NCBI GenBank assembly: GCA_902761715.1
Contig: CACWLK010000004.1
Location: 17,122 to 81,121, forward strand
Direction: 5' to 3'
DNA from: an uncultured Rhodospirillales bacterium
GTDB taxonomy: Bacteria; Pseudomonadota; Alphaproteobacteria; RF32; CAG-239
DNA: 64,000 nt
Shown: one piece after another, positions 1 through 9,120 of the stretch
Position numbering within the stretch: the first letter of the stretch is position 1
Layout of the letters: each line of letters starts with the position of its first letter
The notes under the pieces: model-generated
What the model was told of the DNA's origin: nothing
Database searches by the model: none
The model's input: only the letters and a program-made list of their open reading frames with translations
Translations under genes and position numbers: made by a program

Positions 1-1139
1 GATTTGACCTTGAAATGCTTGAAACCACAGGACACTGCAAGGGTATTGAAAATTACTCACGCTATCTGACCGGACGTGCCGCCGGCGATCCACCGCCAAC
101 ATTGTTTGAATATCTGCCCGACGATGCACTGCTTTTTATTGATGAAAGCCATATTTCCGTACCTCAAATCGGCGGAATGTTCCGTGGTGACCGCAACCGT
201 AAGTCAACTTTGGCTCAATACGGCTTCAGACTGCCATCTTGCTTAGATAACCGCCCCCTAAAATTTGAAGAATGGAACAAAATGCGCCCGCAAACTATTT
301 TTGTTTCTGCCACCCCCGGAGACTGGGAACTCGAGCAAAGCAAAGGCAGTTTTGCCGAACAGATTATTCGTCCGACCGGATTAGCTGACCCGATTTGCTT
401 GGTTCGTCCGGTTGAAAATCAAATTGATGACCTCATGGAGGAGTGCCGCAAAAACATTCTTAAAAAAGAGCGTGTTCTGGTTACTACTCTTACTAAAAAA
501 ATGGCTGAGGACCTAACCGAATATCTTAATGAAAACGGCATAAAAGTTCGCTATATGCACTCCGACATTGATACCCTGGAGCGTATTGAAATCATTCGTG
601 ATTTACGCCTTGGTGTCTTTGATGTATTGGTCGGAATTAACCTTTTGCGTGAAGGTTTGGACATTCCTGAATGCTCTCTTGTTGCCATTCTTGATGCCGA
701 CAAAGAAGGTTTTCTTCGTTCAACCCGCTCGCTGATTCAGACCATCGGTCGTGCCGCACGTAATGCTCAAAGTCGTGTAATTTTATATGCCGACAAAATG
801 ACCGGCTCCATTAAAGAAGCTCTTGAAGAAACATCTCGCCGCCGTGAAAAACAGCTCAAATTCAACATTGAACACGGAATAACTCCGCAAACTATCAAAA
901 AGAGCATATCTTCAACCCTGCGTGAGATGAGTGAAACCGATTTTGCCAAAGAAGAGCCCATCAGCGCCGGCGACGCCAAAGACATTGAAAAACAAATAAA
1001 AGAATACACCAAGCTGATGAAAGAAGCCGCTGCCAACCTCGAATTCGAGCAAGCTGTTATTTATCGTGATAAAATCAAATCTCTTGAATTATTAGCTATG
1101 CGCGTTTATGACAACACCATGTATATAAATGGCGACTAA
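1..1139 (+). CDS. uvrB: Excinuclease ABC subunit B, C-terminal ~375 aa (5' end outside window)
   Basis: The frame is open from the window edge. UvrB helicase motifs are present ([43 protein letters not shown]), as is the C-terminal UVR motif ([16 protein letters not shown]). Confidence 0.92.
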   Translation, partial: FDLEMLETTGHCKGIENYSRYLTGRAAGDPPPTLFEYLPDDALLFIDESHISVPQIGGMFRGDRNRKSTLAQYGFRLPSCLDNRPLKFEEWNKMRPQTIFVSATPGDWELEQSKGSFAEQIIRPTGLADPICLVRPVENQIDDLMEECRKNILKKERVLVTTLTKKMAEDLTEYLNENGIKVRYMHSDIDTLERIEIIRDLRLGVFDVLVGINLLREGLDIPECSLVAILDADKEGFLRSTRSLIQTIGRAARNAQSRVILYADKMTGSIKEALEETSRRREKQLKFNIEHGITPQTIKKSISSTLREMSETDFAKEEPISAGDAKDIEKQIKEYTKLMKEAAANLEFEQAVIYRDKIKSLELLAMRVYDNTMYINGD

Positions 1140-1618
1140 AATCTCGCCATCACTCTGGCTTTTTCACGATTCCAATCACGTGTTTTTTCTGTTTCACGTT
1201 TATCATAAAGTTTTTTACCAACGCCGAGCCCAACCTCCAATTTTGCTCGTCCTTTATCGTTAAAAAACAGTCTGATAGCCACCAGCGTCGTACCTTTTCT
1301 AGCAATTGAACCGATAATATCATTTATTTCTTTTTTCTTTAGGAGTAACTTTCGGTCTCTTTTTTCGGCATGGCTGGCGTAACCTTTGTTGCTATATTCG
1401 GCAATAAACATATTTGAAATATAGAGCTCTCCGCCTTTTTCAACACCGAAAGCATCATTAATATTGGCATGCCCTTGCCGTAAAGACTTGACTTCTGTTC
1501 CTGTCAATTGGAGTCCGGCAACAAATTTTTCGGTAATATAATAATCAAACGTGGCACGGCGATTCTGTGCCACGTTTCCTGTTGAAATAAAATCTGATTT
1601 TTTCTTTTTTACCGGCAT
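1136..1618 (-). CDS. smpB: SsrA-binding protein SmpB
   Basis: 160 aa. Typical SmpB blocks: [31 protein letters not shown] and a basic C-terminal tail. Confidence 0.9.
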   Translation of the reverse strand: MPVKKKKSDFISTGNVAQNRRATFDYYITEKFVAGLQLTGTEVKSLRQGHANINDAFGVEKGGELYISNMFIAEYSNKGYASHAEKRDRKLLLKKKEINDIIGSIARKGTTLVAIRLFFNDKGRAKLEVGLGVGKKLYDKRETEKTRDWNREKARVMARF

Positions 1619-1619
1619 A

Positions 1620-2054
1620 CTACTTTGCTGCTTTCAGCTTTTGAGGCTGAGAAGTTCCTTCAACAACCATCAATGTCGGCTTATTTTTAATGCAACGCCC
1701 TTCGATATAAGCACCAGGCTCAATTGCTATGCTGTTGTGCTTGATATCTCCGACCAGATGGGCTGTCTGCGCAATAAAGAAGCTGTCAGTACAGACTTCT
1801 CCGTTCAGAGAACCGTACAAATATATACTTTGAGCATTTACCGAACCGTTAATGGTTCCCTTAAGCCCGACAATCAATTCATCACAATTTACATCACCGT
1901 CAATATTACCGTCCACATGCAACGTTCCGGCCGAAACGACATCTCCTTTTAAAGAACTGTTTTCAGCAATAATTGTCGGTACGACATTGCCGTTTTTGCC
2001 TCGTCCCATCAGACGGGCAATTTTCAAGTACACAATTCTTCTCAATTTTTTCAT
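1620..2054 (-). CDS. Bactofilin family cytoskeletal protein
   Basis: 144 aa. It has the repetitive beta-helix pattern typical of bactofilin/DUF583 (LKGDVVSAGTLHVDGNIDGDVNCDELIVGLKGTINGSVNAQSIYLYGSLNGEV). The start is uncertain; an internal Met at 2009 is possible. Confidence 0.8.
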   Translation of the reverse strand: MKKLRRIVYLKIARLMGRGKNGNVVPTIIAENSSLKGDVVSAGTLHVDGNIDGDVNCDELIVGLKGTINGSVNAQSIYLYGSLNGEVCTDSFFIAQTAHLVGDIKHNSIAIEPGAYIEGRCIKNKPTLMVVEGTSQPQKLKAAK

Positions 2055-2065
2055 TTCAATCTCCT

Positions 2066-3292
2066 TTAAGACGATTTTGCCCTAATAAACGGCATCGGGT
2101 CAACATCTTTACCCTTATATAATACTTCATAGTGCAAATGCGGTCCGGTAGAACGACCGGTTGACCCCATTTCACCTATTGCATCACCGATTTCCAATCG
2201 TTGACCTTTTTTCACATAAGATTTGCTCAGGTGCGCATATTTGGTAACAAAACCATTACCATGGTCAATCTCAACCAAATTGCCGTACCCGGAATTATAT
2301 TCCGTCTTAATTACTTTGCCCTTGGCCATAACTTTTATCTTATTACCGGTTCGACCGGCCAAGTCAACGCCCTTGTGATAGGCTTTTGTCTTCTTAAACG
2401 GGTCGCTCCTGGATCCGTATGGAGATGACACTATACTCCACGATACCGGCTTACCCAGAGGAACATAATTCAGCACCTCACGCAAATAAGCGACATCGTC
2501 AACCGTCTTATACAGACTGCTGACTTTATCATTAACCTTTTTTTCCTGCAAAAACTTATTTTCTTCCGGAATATACGGACCACCGCTGCCTTGTTGTTTT
2601 TTGTTATTAGCCGATGCATTAAAATACATTCCGCGTTTTTTGAGTGAAACATTAATAGAGCTGATTGCATCTTTAATTTTTTTCATTTCGCTCTCGGCAA
2701 TCTGTGATACTTTATCCAACACGTTCATCTCTGCCGAACGCATATCTTCGACCATCTTTTGCAAATCAACCAACTGCTTGCGCAATTCATTACGTTCCGA
2801 CACGGCAATATCTCTTTGCAGAGACACCTCATTCAAGCTGGTTTTTTCTTCCAATTTTTCGGCATCTATCAACTCCGGATGACTGGTAATCTGCTTAACC
2901 CGTTCTTCGACCATTGAAGCCTGCTGCTTATATTCTTCGACATTAACGCTTTTATTATCGGCTTTATCAAGATTTTGAATCATCATTGCAATATTGCTTT
3001 GCAACGCTACAAAATCGCCCATAAGATCCATATAAGCATCACGAGTTGCCGTCAGTTCATTATTTTTACGGCTGAGAATACGCCACGAACGATGATACAT
3101 ATGTGAAGAATGCACACTCCAAAACGCCGTCAATGCAATCAATATCAATACAATGATTTGCATTTTCGACGAAATATGCCAGACACGCGCACGTCCGTTA
3201 CTTCTGAAAATAATCTCTTTAGTTGAAAAGAGCGGTTTTTTTTCAGAGTAATGCATTGGCTCTCTGGATATTTTTTTAGGCAACTTTTTCAT
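2066..3292 (-). CDS. Membrane-anchored coiled-coil M23 family metallopeptidase (LmdC/EnvC-like)
   Basis: C-terminal M23 signature (HKGVDLAG...GYGNLVEIDHGNGFVTKYAHL...GSTGRSTGPHLHYEV). There is an N-terminal TM segment (IIVLILIALTAFW) and a long helical middle region. Alternative starts lie at 3328 and 3256. Confidence 0.82.
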   Translation of the reverse strand: MKKLPKKISREPMHYSEKKPLFSTKEIIFRSNGRARVWHISSKMQIIVLILIALTAFWSVHSSHMYHRSWRILSRKNNELTATRDAYMDLMGDFVALQSNIAMMIQNLDKADNKSVNVEEYKQQASMVEERVKQITSHPELIDAEKLEEKTSLNEVSLQRDIAVSERNELRKQLVDLQKMVEDMRSAEMNVLDKVSQIAESEMKKIKDAISSINVSLKKRGMYFNASANNKKQQGSGGPYIPEENKFLQEKKVNDKVSSLYKTVDDVAYLREVLNYVPLGKPVSWSIVSSPYGSRSDPFKKTKAYHKGVDLAGRTGNKIKVMAKGKVIKTEYNSGYGNLVEIDHGNGFVTKYAHLSKSYVKKGQRLEIGDAIGEMGSTGRSTGPHLHYEVLYKGKDVDPMPFIRAKSS

Positions 3293-3384
3293 AATACATA
3301 ATTTCCTATCAGAAACTACATATATCAAGAAAAAAACAAAAAATACAGTATTTTTTTATACTATCTACAGCATAGAACGCGGAT

Positions 3385-3714
3385 TTACTCGTCCAACAAA
3401 ATCAATTCGCCGGTCCCGACCATATTCAATACCTCTCTGGCACGTTCATCAAGCATATCCAAATCGAGGCTTCCCGGCGACAAAAGTCTGACTTCTTCGT
3501 TTAAGGCTTCTTTTTTCAAACGATACTGATTGGCTATATCACGGGCATATGCTACTTCTTTTTTCAAATACATATATTTTTGAAAACCGCGGTCTCCGTA
3601 AAAACCGTTAAAACAAAAATAAAAGAACAGCATTACAAAAAATATCAGTAACCCTGACTTTCTCAAACGATATTTTAAATCCTGTAACAGTCCCATAATA
3701 AACACAATCTCCAT
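3385..3714 (-). CDS. ftsB: Septum formation initiator FtsB/DivIC family
   Basis: 109 aa with one TM segment followed by a coiled coil (YLKKEVAYARDIANQYRLKKEALNEEVRLL) and the typical ending DMLDERAREVLNMV. Met-7 (3696) is an alternative start. Confidence 0.7.
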   Translation of the reverse strand: MEIVFIMGLLQDLKYRLRKSGLLIFFVMLFFYFCFNGFYGDRGFQKYMYLKKEVAYARDIANQYRLKKEALNEEVRLLSPGSLDLDMLDERAREVLNMVGTGELILLDE

Positions 3715-3770
3715 AGACGTGCATTATAAGACCTTTTTTGTTAATATTTGGTAACTTCCGAAATTTTTTA

Positions 3771-4247
3771 TCAGCGACCTAAATCTCTGCCTCTTAAAGG
3801 CGGTCTTTTTATTGCTGATTTAGAACGCTTCATTTGTCCGGATCTGAGCGCCACAATCCTTCCTGCATCAACCTGCTTAAATACCGGAATAACAATTTCT
3901 CTCTTTTCTCCTTCTTGCATACTGCTGACATCTTTAAGCTGCGGTTCAAAAATCTGGCGATTTATCATTATATGCGTAGCCTTATGCAAAACCGTCAAAT
4001 TCTTAAAAGAATTAACTTTTTCATCAGCTGTACCCGAAATTGGAAAAATGTGATGGACATCTAAATCTTTGGGCAAAAAGCCCTCTTTTGCCTGCTCAAT
4101 TTCAATATCCGTAAGGACATCATCAAACATATGTGAATACGCCAAATATTTCACAAACGCTTTGCGTACATTCCGCTCAAAAAAACGACGATTAGCCTTA
4201 CTGACTTCTGCAGAAACTTTAGTAAACACAACTTTTTTATATTTCAT
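3771..4247 (-). CDS. Small HNH-like (beta-beta-alpha-Me) nuclease-fold protein with a basic C-terminal tail
   Basis: Motif DLDVHHIFPISG...NSFKNLTVLHKATHIMIN resembles the HNH signature (HH..P ... N..L....H). The start is placed at MKYKK because GAGAGG lies 4 nt upstream. The tail is KRSKSAIKRPPLRGRDLGR. Confidence 0.45.
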   Translation of the reverse strand: MKYKKVVFTKVSAEVSKANRRFFERNVRKAFVKYLAYSHMFDDVLTDIEIEQAKEGFLPKDLDVHHIFPISGTADEKVNSFKNLTVLHKATHIMINRQIFEPQLKDVSSMQEGEKREIVIPVFKQVDAGRIVALRSGQMKRSKSAIKRPPLRGRDLGR

Positions 4248-4313
4248 GGAGCCTCTCTCAAAACACATACCTTATGTTAGATACATATTTTGCTCAAGAC
4301 CACATATTTATTG

Positions 4314-4784
4314 CTATTTTCTACAGTTTTTTTGCCTTTTGGACTTGAAAAAATCTTTCAAAATCTGCGAACATTCTTCTTCCAGAATGCCATTTTCAAC
4401 TTTCGGCCGATGATGGCATGTTGCCGCCTCAAAAAAACGCACACCGCTAACAACAGCCCCGCCTTTTTCATCTTTTGCCCCGAAACACAGTTTTGAAATT
4501 CTCATCATCGAAATTGCCGCCGCACACATCGTGCACGGCTCCAATGTAACATATAGTTCCATGCCGTATAACCGGTTTGTTCCTAATTTTTTGCACGCTT
4601 TTCTCATAGCTTCCATTTCTGCATGAGCAAACGCTTCTTTACCGTGCTCTCCGCAGTTTCCGGCTCTAGCTACCACTTTCCCCGAGACCGGATCAACCAC
4701 CACCGCACCGACCGGCACTTCATCTTTTTCTAAAGCTTTTTCTGCCTGCTTTAAGGCAATTTTCATGTAATCGTAACAATTCAT
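4314..4784 (-). CDS. tadA: tRNA adenosine(34) deaminase TadA
   Basis: 156 aa with CDA-fold zinc motifs HAEMEA and PCTMCAAA, and the size typical of TadA. Confidence 0.85.
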   Translation of the reverse strand: MNCYDYMKIALKQAEKALEKDEVPVGAVVVDPVSGKVVARAGNCGEHGKEAFAHAEMEAMRKACKKLGTNRLYGMELYVTLEPCTMCAAAISMMRISKLCFGAKDEKGGAVVSGVRFFEAATCHHRPKVENGILEEECSQILKDFFKSKRQKNCRK

Positions 4785-4843
4785 CTTTATTTTTTCCTTT
4801 GCTTAATATATGATAGGCACAAATTTATTGAGGATTGCTTAAA

Positions 4844-5563
4844 ATGAGTGAAAGAATAGCCAAATTTATTGCCCGTTCCGGTGTCTGCTCACGCCGCGCT
4901 GCCGAAGAACTGATTTTGCAACAACGTGTAACCCTGAACGGACAAGTCATAAACTCTCCGGCTGTTAACGTTGAGCCCACCGACAAAATCCTCATCGATG
5001 GAGAAAAACTGCCGGCAATCGAACAAACCCGACTTTGGCTCTACTACAAACCGACGGGACTTATTACATCACACAAGGATTCTTCTCATCCGACCGTTTT
5101 TGACAATCTGCCCGCCGGCATGCCCCGTGTTATTTCCGTAGGACGACTTGACCTCAACTCTGAGGGGCTTTTACTGCTCACCAACAACGGAGAACTTTCC
5201 CGTCTGCTTGAGTTACCCCAAAACGGATGGAGCCGCCGCTATAAGGTCAAAGTCCATGGTCAGGTTACTCAACAAAAACTTGATTCTGTATCCAACGGCG
5301 TTACCATCGATGGTGTCAACTACGGACCGGTAAAAATTACCATTGATAACACTCAAGGCACCAACACATGGCTGACAATTACCTTGTCTGAAGGCAAAAA
5401 CCGAGAGATTCGCCGTCTTATGCAATATATCGGGCTTGAAGTTGCCCGTTTAATCCGTTTGTCTTATGGTCCGTTTCAACTTGGCAGCCTCAAAAAAGGT
5501 GAAGTCAAAGAGGTACCTCACAAAGTTTTAAAAGAACAACTAGGCGGGAAATTTGAGCTATGA
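4844..5563 (+). CDS. Pseudouridine synthase, RsuA/RluB family, with N-terminal S4 domain
   Basis: S4 motif RIAKFIARSGVCSRRAAEELI and catalytic block VGRLDLNSEGLLLLTNNGEL. The ATG at 4844 has GAGGA 9 nt upstream; the ORF track begins at a TTG at 4835. Confidence 0.85.
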   Translation: MSERIAKFIARSGVCSRRAAEELILQQRVTLNGQVINSPAVNVEPTDKILIDGEKLPAIEQTRLWLYYKPTGLITSHKDSSHPTVFDNLPAGMPRVISVGRLDLNSEGLLLLTNNGELSRLLELPQNGWSRRYKVKVHGQVTQQKLDSVSNGVTIDGVNYGPVKITIDNTQGTNTWLTITLSEGKNREIRRLMQYIGLEVARLIRLSYGPFQLGSLKKGEVKEVPHKVLKEQLGGKFEL

Positions 5564-6105
5564 GAATTATTGGCGGATTATATCGAGGCAAAAACCTCCT
5601 GTCTCCCCAAACCGGCAATATCCGCCCGACTTCGGACAAAGCCCGTGAATCCGTATTTAATATTTTATATTCAAAACTCACCAAAACTTGGGATCAAATC
5701 AACCTTGCCGATATTTTTACCGGTAGCGGCGCTTTTGGGCTTGAAGCCGTATCTCGTGGTGCCAAAAGTGTTGCTTTGGTTGATATAGATACCGCTTCTG
5801 CTACAAAAAATATCGCTCTTTTCCCTAACGAAAAAAATAAAATAACGCTGATTCGTGCCGATGCTTCATCACTACCTCACTCAAGACAGAAGTTTGACAT
5901 CATTTTCATGGATGCACCGTATCACAAAGGTTTAAGCGAACAGGCATTGTCATCAATACTCAAAAACAACTGGCTGGCTCCCGACGGCATATGCGTAATT
6001 GAAACCGCCGCCGATGAAACACTTGAAGTTCCGCAACCTCTCAAATTGATTGACGAGCGCCGTTACGGCATTGCCAAATTTTGGTTTTTGACGTTCAAAA
6101 ACTAG
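5560..6105 (+). CDS. rsmD: 16S rRNA (guanine966-N2)-methyltransferase RsmD
   Basis: N-terminus MRIIGG.YRGK.L......IRPTSDKARESVFNIL, SAM-binding block DIFTGSGAFGLEA and a DAPY variant of the DPPY motif. The ATGA overlaps the upstream stop. Confidence 0.8.
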   Translation: MRIIGGLYRGKNLLSPQTGNIRPTSDKARESVFNILYSKLTKTWDQINLADIFTGSGAFGLEAVSRGAKSVALVDIDTASATKNIALFPNEKNKITLIRADASSLPHSRQKFDIIFMDAPYHKGLSEQALSSILKNNWLAPDGICVIETAADETLEVPQPLKLIDERRYGIAKFWFLTFKN

Positions 6106-6860
6106 TCTTTTCCGAAATAATTAACCTTACATGCAGGATAATCACGCATTGCCTCATGATTCAGTTCATAGCATTTATCTTCAATGCATTTCTGAATTTT
6201 CTCAATGCTTTCGTTCTTATCACCGCTTACATCAATCGGCGGCATAAATTCAACAATAATCTTACCCGGTATATGCTTAAACGAACTGCGTGGCCAAAAC
6301 ATACCGCTGTTTAACGCCACCGGAACCACCGGCAACTTAAGATTTTGTGCCAGGAATAAAAAACCCGGTTTATATTTTATATTGGTACCGGCCGGAACTC
6401 TGTGCCCCTCCGGAAAAATAATCAGTGAACGACCGGTGCTCATCATTTTTTTAGCACCTGCCAACATTTTTTTCATGGCACTTGCACCTGCAGAACGATC
6501 AACCGGAATAAGTCCGTACATTGCCTGTGCCCAACCGAAAAACGGGATATATGTCAGTTCTTTTTTAAGCACCATTGTTGCTTTATCAACTATGGCAGCC
6601 AAAAAATATGTCTCGGCAGCGGACTCATGCTTGCAGGCATAAATTACTTTTTTTCCTATGTATTGTTGACCACGAACCTCAATGCTCAAACCTCCGAATA
6701 CTTTCATACCCCACATAACGGCGGGACACATCATTCTTCCCCACCAAAAGATATGCCATTTGCGGGGCAAAAACCAACCGAATATACTGCAAAAAACTAC
6801 ACCAAAACCGATGACCCCATAAATCCAAATATTACTTAACAACGAACGTACAAATAACAT
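6102..6860 (-). CDS. plsC: 1-acyl-sn-glycerol-3-phosphate acyltransferase family (PlsC-like)
   Basis: Acyltransferase blocks KHESAAETY (an HX4E variant) and IIFPEGHR, plus an N-terminal TM segment. The start is placed at the ATG at 6860 because AAGGAG lies 5 nt upstream. Confidence 0.75.
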   Translation of the reverse strand: MLFVRSLLSNIWIYGVIGFGVVFCSIFGWFLPRKWHIFWWGRMMCPAVMWGMKVFGGLSIEVRGQQYIGKKVIYACKHESAAETYFLAAIVDKATMVLKKELTYIPFFGWAQAMYGLIPVDRSAGASAMKKMLAGAKKMMSTGRSLIIFPEGHRVPAGTNIKYKPGFLFLAQNLKLPVVPVALNSGMFWPRSSFKHIPGKIIVEFMPPIDVSGDKNESIEKIQKCIEDKCYELNHEAMRDYPACKVNYFGKD

Positions 6861-6870
6861 CTTAGTCTCC

Positions 6871-7440
6871 TTATTGTAATACGCCATCAAAAAACCATAC
6901 ATACAAAAACTTATTATATTCGCTTACCAGCAACGAAAAACTGTGCCAATTTTTCCACCAAATTTTTGCCACTCTGTCCGAATACACCGGATATGGAATA
7001 ATTGTAAGCTCGGGGCTATAATGCCTAAACTCAATCATACTTCTGGGCATATGATAATTTGAGGTTACCAAATATATTGATTTAATTTCGTGCTCTCTGA
7101 TCCACTCTGCCGTTTCTTTGGCATTTTCTACCGTATTGGTTGACCTTTTATCAAGTGTTACCAACTCTGAATTAAAAATCTCCACATCTTCACGATTCTG
7201 CAACTCTTTAAGCGATGTCCCCTTAAAAACACCTGAAATAAAAAGTTTATCTGCAACTTGGGCATTCAATAATTTTACTGCTTCTTTCAGACGGTTTCGA
7301 CCACCGGTCAACACCACTATTGCATCAGCCTTATTTTCCCCTGCGGATGCAAAATGATTGATATGATAATCAAAAACTTCAAATCCGATTACCCACGCCC
7401 AAAATACAGTCAATAACAAAACAAGCAGTCTTTTAACCAT
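6871..7440 (-). CDS. DUF218/YdcF(ElyC)-family protein
   Basis: 189 aa with an N-terminal TM segment and the blocks IVVLTGGRNR, LFISGV and LVTSNYHMPRS typical of the YdcF/SanA fold. Confidence 0.7.
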   Translation of the reverse strand: MVKRLLVLLLTVFWAWVIGFEVFDYHINHFASAGENKADAIVVLTGGRNRLKEAVKLLNAQVADKLFISGVFKGTSLKELQNREDVEIFNSELVTLDKRSTNTVENAKETAEWIREHEIKSIYLVTSNYHMPRSMIEFRHYSPELTIIPYPVYSDRVAKIWWKNWHSFSLLVSEYNKFLYVWFFDGVLQ

Positions 7441-7443
7441 AAG

Positions 7444-8358
7444 CTACATCATTCTTTCTAAAGTACGCTTTACCGTATAATATGCGGTTTGCATTGCAAT
7501 CAATGACGAAAATACCGGCAAACTTATAATTGCTAACCATGAAGCCGTTGAAAGTCTCGCTTCATCAATAATTCCCCCCTCAATCTGGCTGGCCAGATGC
7601 GCAATCAAAAATATAACCGGCACGGCAACCATCACACCGATTATACCTCCGATCGCCCCCAACCATGCAGTCCTTCCGGCATATTGTTGAGCAATATAAG
7701 TGTCTTTTGCCCCCATAATATGCAAAATTTCAATTACATCTTTGTGCAATCCCAAACTTGTTTGTGTTGTATAAAAAATTGCTCCTGAAGTTACGCCGAT
7801 TACCAACAGCAAAACCGCCAATGCCAAAACTTTTAGTCCGGCCGCAAAATTTATCAGTTTATTGAGCCACAACTTATGATTATCAAGCGATGCTTGCGGA
7901 GCAATTGTTGCCAACTTTTCTGCTAATTGCTTAAAATTAACTTCAGCACCGGACTTCAACTTTACATCAATCAGCCTCGGCATCGGAAGCTCATTTATAT
8001 CAACATCATCTCCCAACCACGGGCGCAACAACTGTTGCAACTGATCCTCACTTAAAGCCGTAACTTTTTTGGCTTCAGGCATCGCCGACAACAACGCCAC
8101 TGCTCTTTGTTCCTGTTCCAACATTTCATCATGCGCTTTTTGACGATCAGAATTGCTGATCGGGACAATTTGTACAGTCAGAGATCCCAAAATGCTGGCA
8201 TTCCAGTTAACCAACATTGAATTAATAGCCAAAACACCGGCCAACGTAACCGCAAACAAAAATACCGAAATTGAAATCATAATTTTCAAAAACAGATTTG
8301 AACTGTCCTTTGACAGCGGCAACTCTTGATGACGTGAACTCTTAAATTTCCATATCAT
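7444..8358 (-). CDS. ftsX: Cell division ABC transporter permease FtsX
   Basis: Four predicted TM segments with a large first periplasmic loop, lying immediately downstream of ftsE. The ATG at 8358 has GGGGAGA 6 nt upstream. Confidence 0.78.
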   Translation of the reverse strand: MIWKFKSSRHQELPLSKDSSNLFLKIMISISVFLFAVTLAGVLAINSMLVNWNASILGSLTVQIVPISNSDRQKAHDEMLEQEQRAVALLSAMPEAKKVTALSEDQLQQLLRPWLGDDVDINELPMPRLIDVKLKSGAEVNFKQLAEKLATIAPQASLDNHKLWLNKLINFAAGLKVLALAVLLLVIGVTSGAIFYTTQTSLGLHKDVIEILHIMGAKDTYIAQQYAGRTAWLGAIGGIIGVMVAVPVIFLIAHLASQIEGGIIDEARLSTASWLAIISLPVFSSLIAMQTAYYTVKRTLERMM

Positions 8359-9058
8359 GTATTTTCTCCCCTGCCGGCACAATTGTCAAATTATGATTTT
8401 TCAGACAAATACACGGATATTTAAATTCATTGATTAAATTTTCATTGTGAGTAGCAATAACCACCGTTGTACCCAGTTTGTTCAGCTCAACAAACAACTT
8501 CATCAATTTTGTTGCAATGCCGTTATCTACGTTACCTGTCGGCTCATCGGCCAACAAAATATCCGGTCTGTTTATTACTGCACGAGCAATCGCAACACGT
8601 TGCTTTTCGCCACCTGAAAGCGTGGAGGTTATTGCCGAAGTACTGCGATCAATTTCAACCCATTTCAGCAACTCGTTAACCCGCTTACGGATTTCTTTTT
8701 CACTCATACCGCTCACACGCAATGGCAACGCCACATTATCAAATGCTGAAACATGTTCCAACAAACGGAAATCTTGGAATACTACACCGATTCTGCGTCT
8801 GAACAGCGACAACGAATTACGATTGGCAAAATTCACATTATTGCCAAAAATACTCAAACGCCCGCGGCTGGGCTTTTGCCACAAATACATCATACTCAAA
8901 AGCGATGTTTTACCGGCTCCGCTTTTTCCGGTCAAAAAATGAAAAGACCCGCGTTGCAACGACAAATCAATGTTGCTCAATACCTCCGGTCCTCGCCCGT
9001 ACCGGATACCGACTTTTTCCAATTCAATAATCGGTCCTGTTTCCTGTGTTTCGAACAT
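8342..9058 (-). CDS. ftsE: Cell division ATP-binding protein FtsE
   Basis: Walker A GKSGAGKTSLL, ABC signature LSGGEKQRVAIARA and Walker B ILLADEPTGNVD. Paired with ftsX. Confidence 0.9.
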   Translation of the reverse strand: MFETQETGPIIELEKVGIRYGRGPEVLSNIDLSLQRGSFHFLTGKSGAGKTSLLSMMYLWQKPSRGRLSIFGNNVNFANRNSLSLFRRRIGVVFQDFRLLEHVSAFDNVALPLRVSGMSEKEIRKRVNELLKWVEIDRSTSAITSTLSGGEKQRVAIARAVINRPDILLADEPTGNVDNGIATKLMKLFVELNKLGTTVVIATHNENLINEFKYPCICLKNHNLTIVPAGEKIHDMEI

Positions 9059-9120
9059 TATATCTCCTCAACGATAATGACTTATAGTAATATAATATCC
9101 GGCTTAATAAAGTCTTTTTC

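Noticed and set aside
1136-1139. The convergent uvrB and smpB stop codons overlap (CTAA), leaving no intergenic terminator.
   Set aside because: This is real but just a compact-genome curiosity. Nothing further is encoded there.
6102-6860. HX4E instead of HX4D in the PlsC-like acyltransferase (KHESAAE).
   Set aside because: From memory, the KH(Q/E)S..E variant is common in a large proteobacterial subgroup of LPLAT acyltransferases, so it is not a sign of inactivation.
8478-8942. Many long antisense or alternative-frame ORFs in the track, for example 767-1036, 8478-8942, 10060-10650, 17183-17674, 38466-39089, 41565-41933, 43393-43788, 48952-49386, 56155-56991 and 60437-60907.
   Set aside because: Each lies wholly inside a confidently identified conserved gene on the other strand or in another frame. 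Each has low-complexity or odd composition, and none has an RBS or a recognisable motif. They are shadow ORFs.
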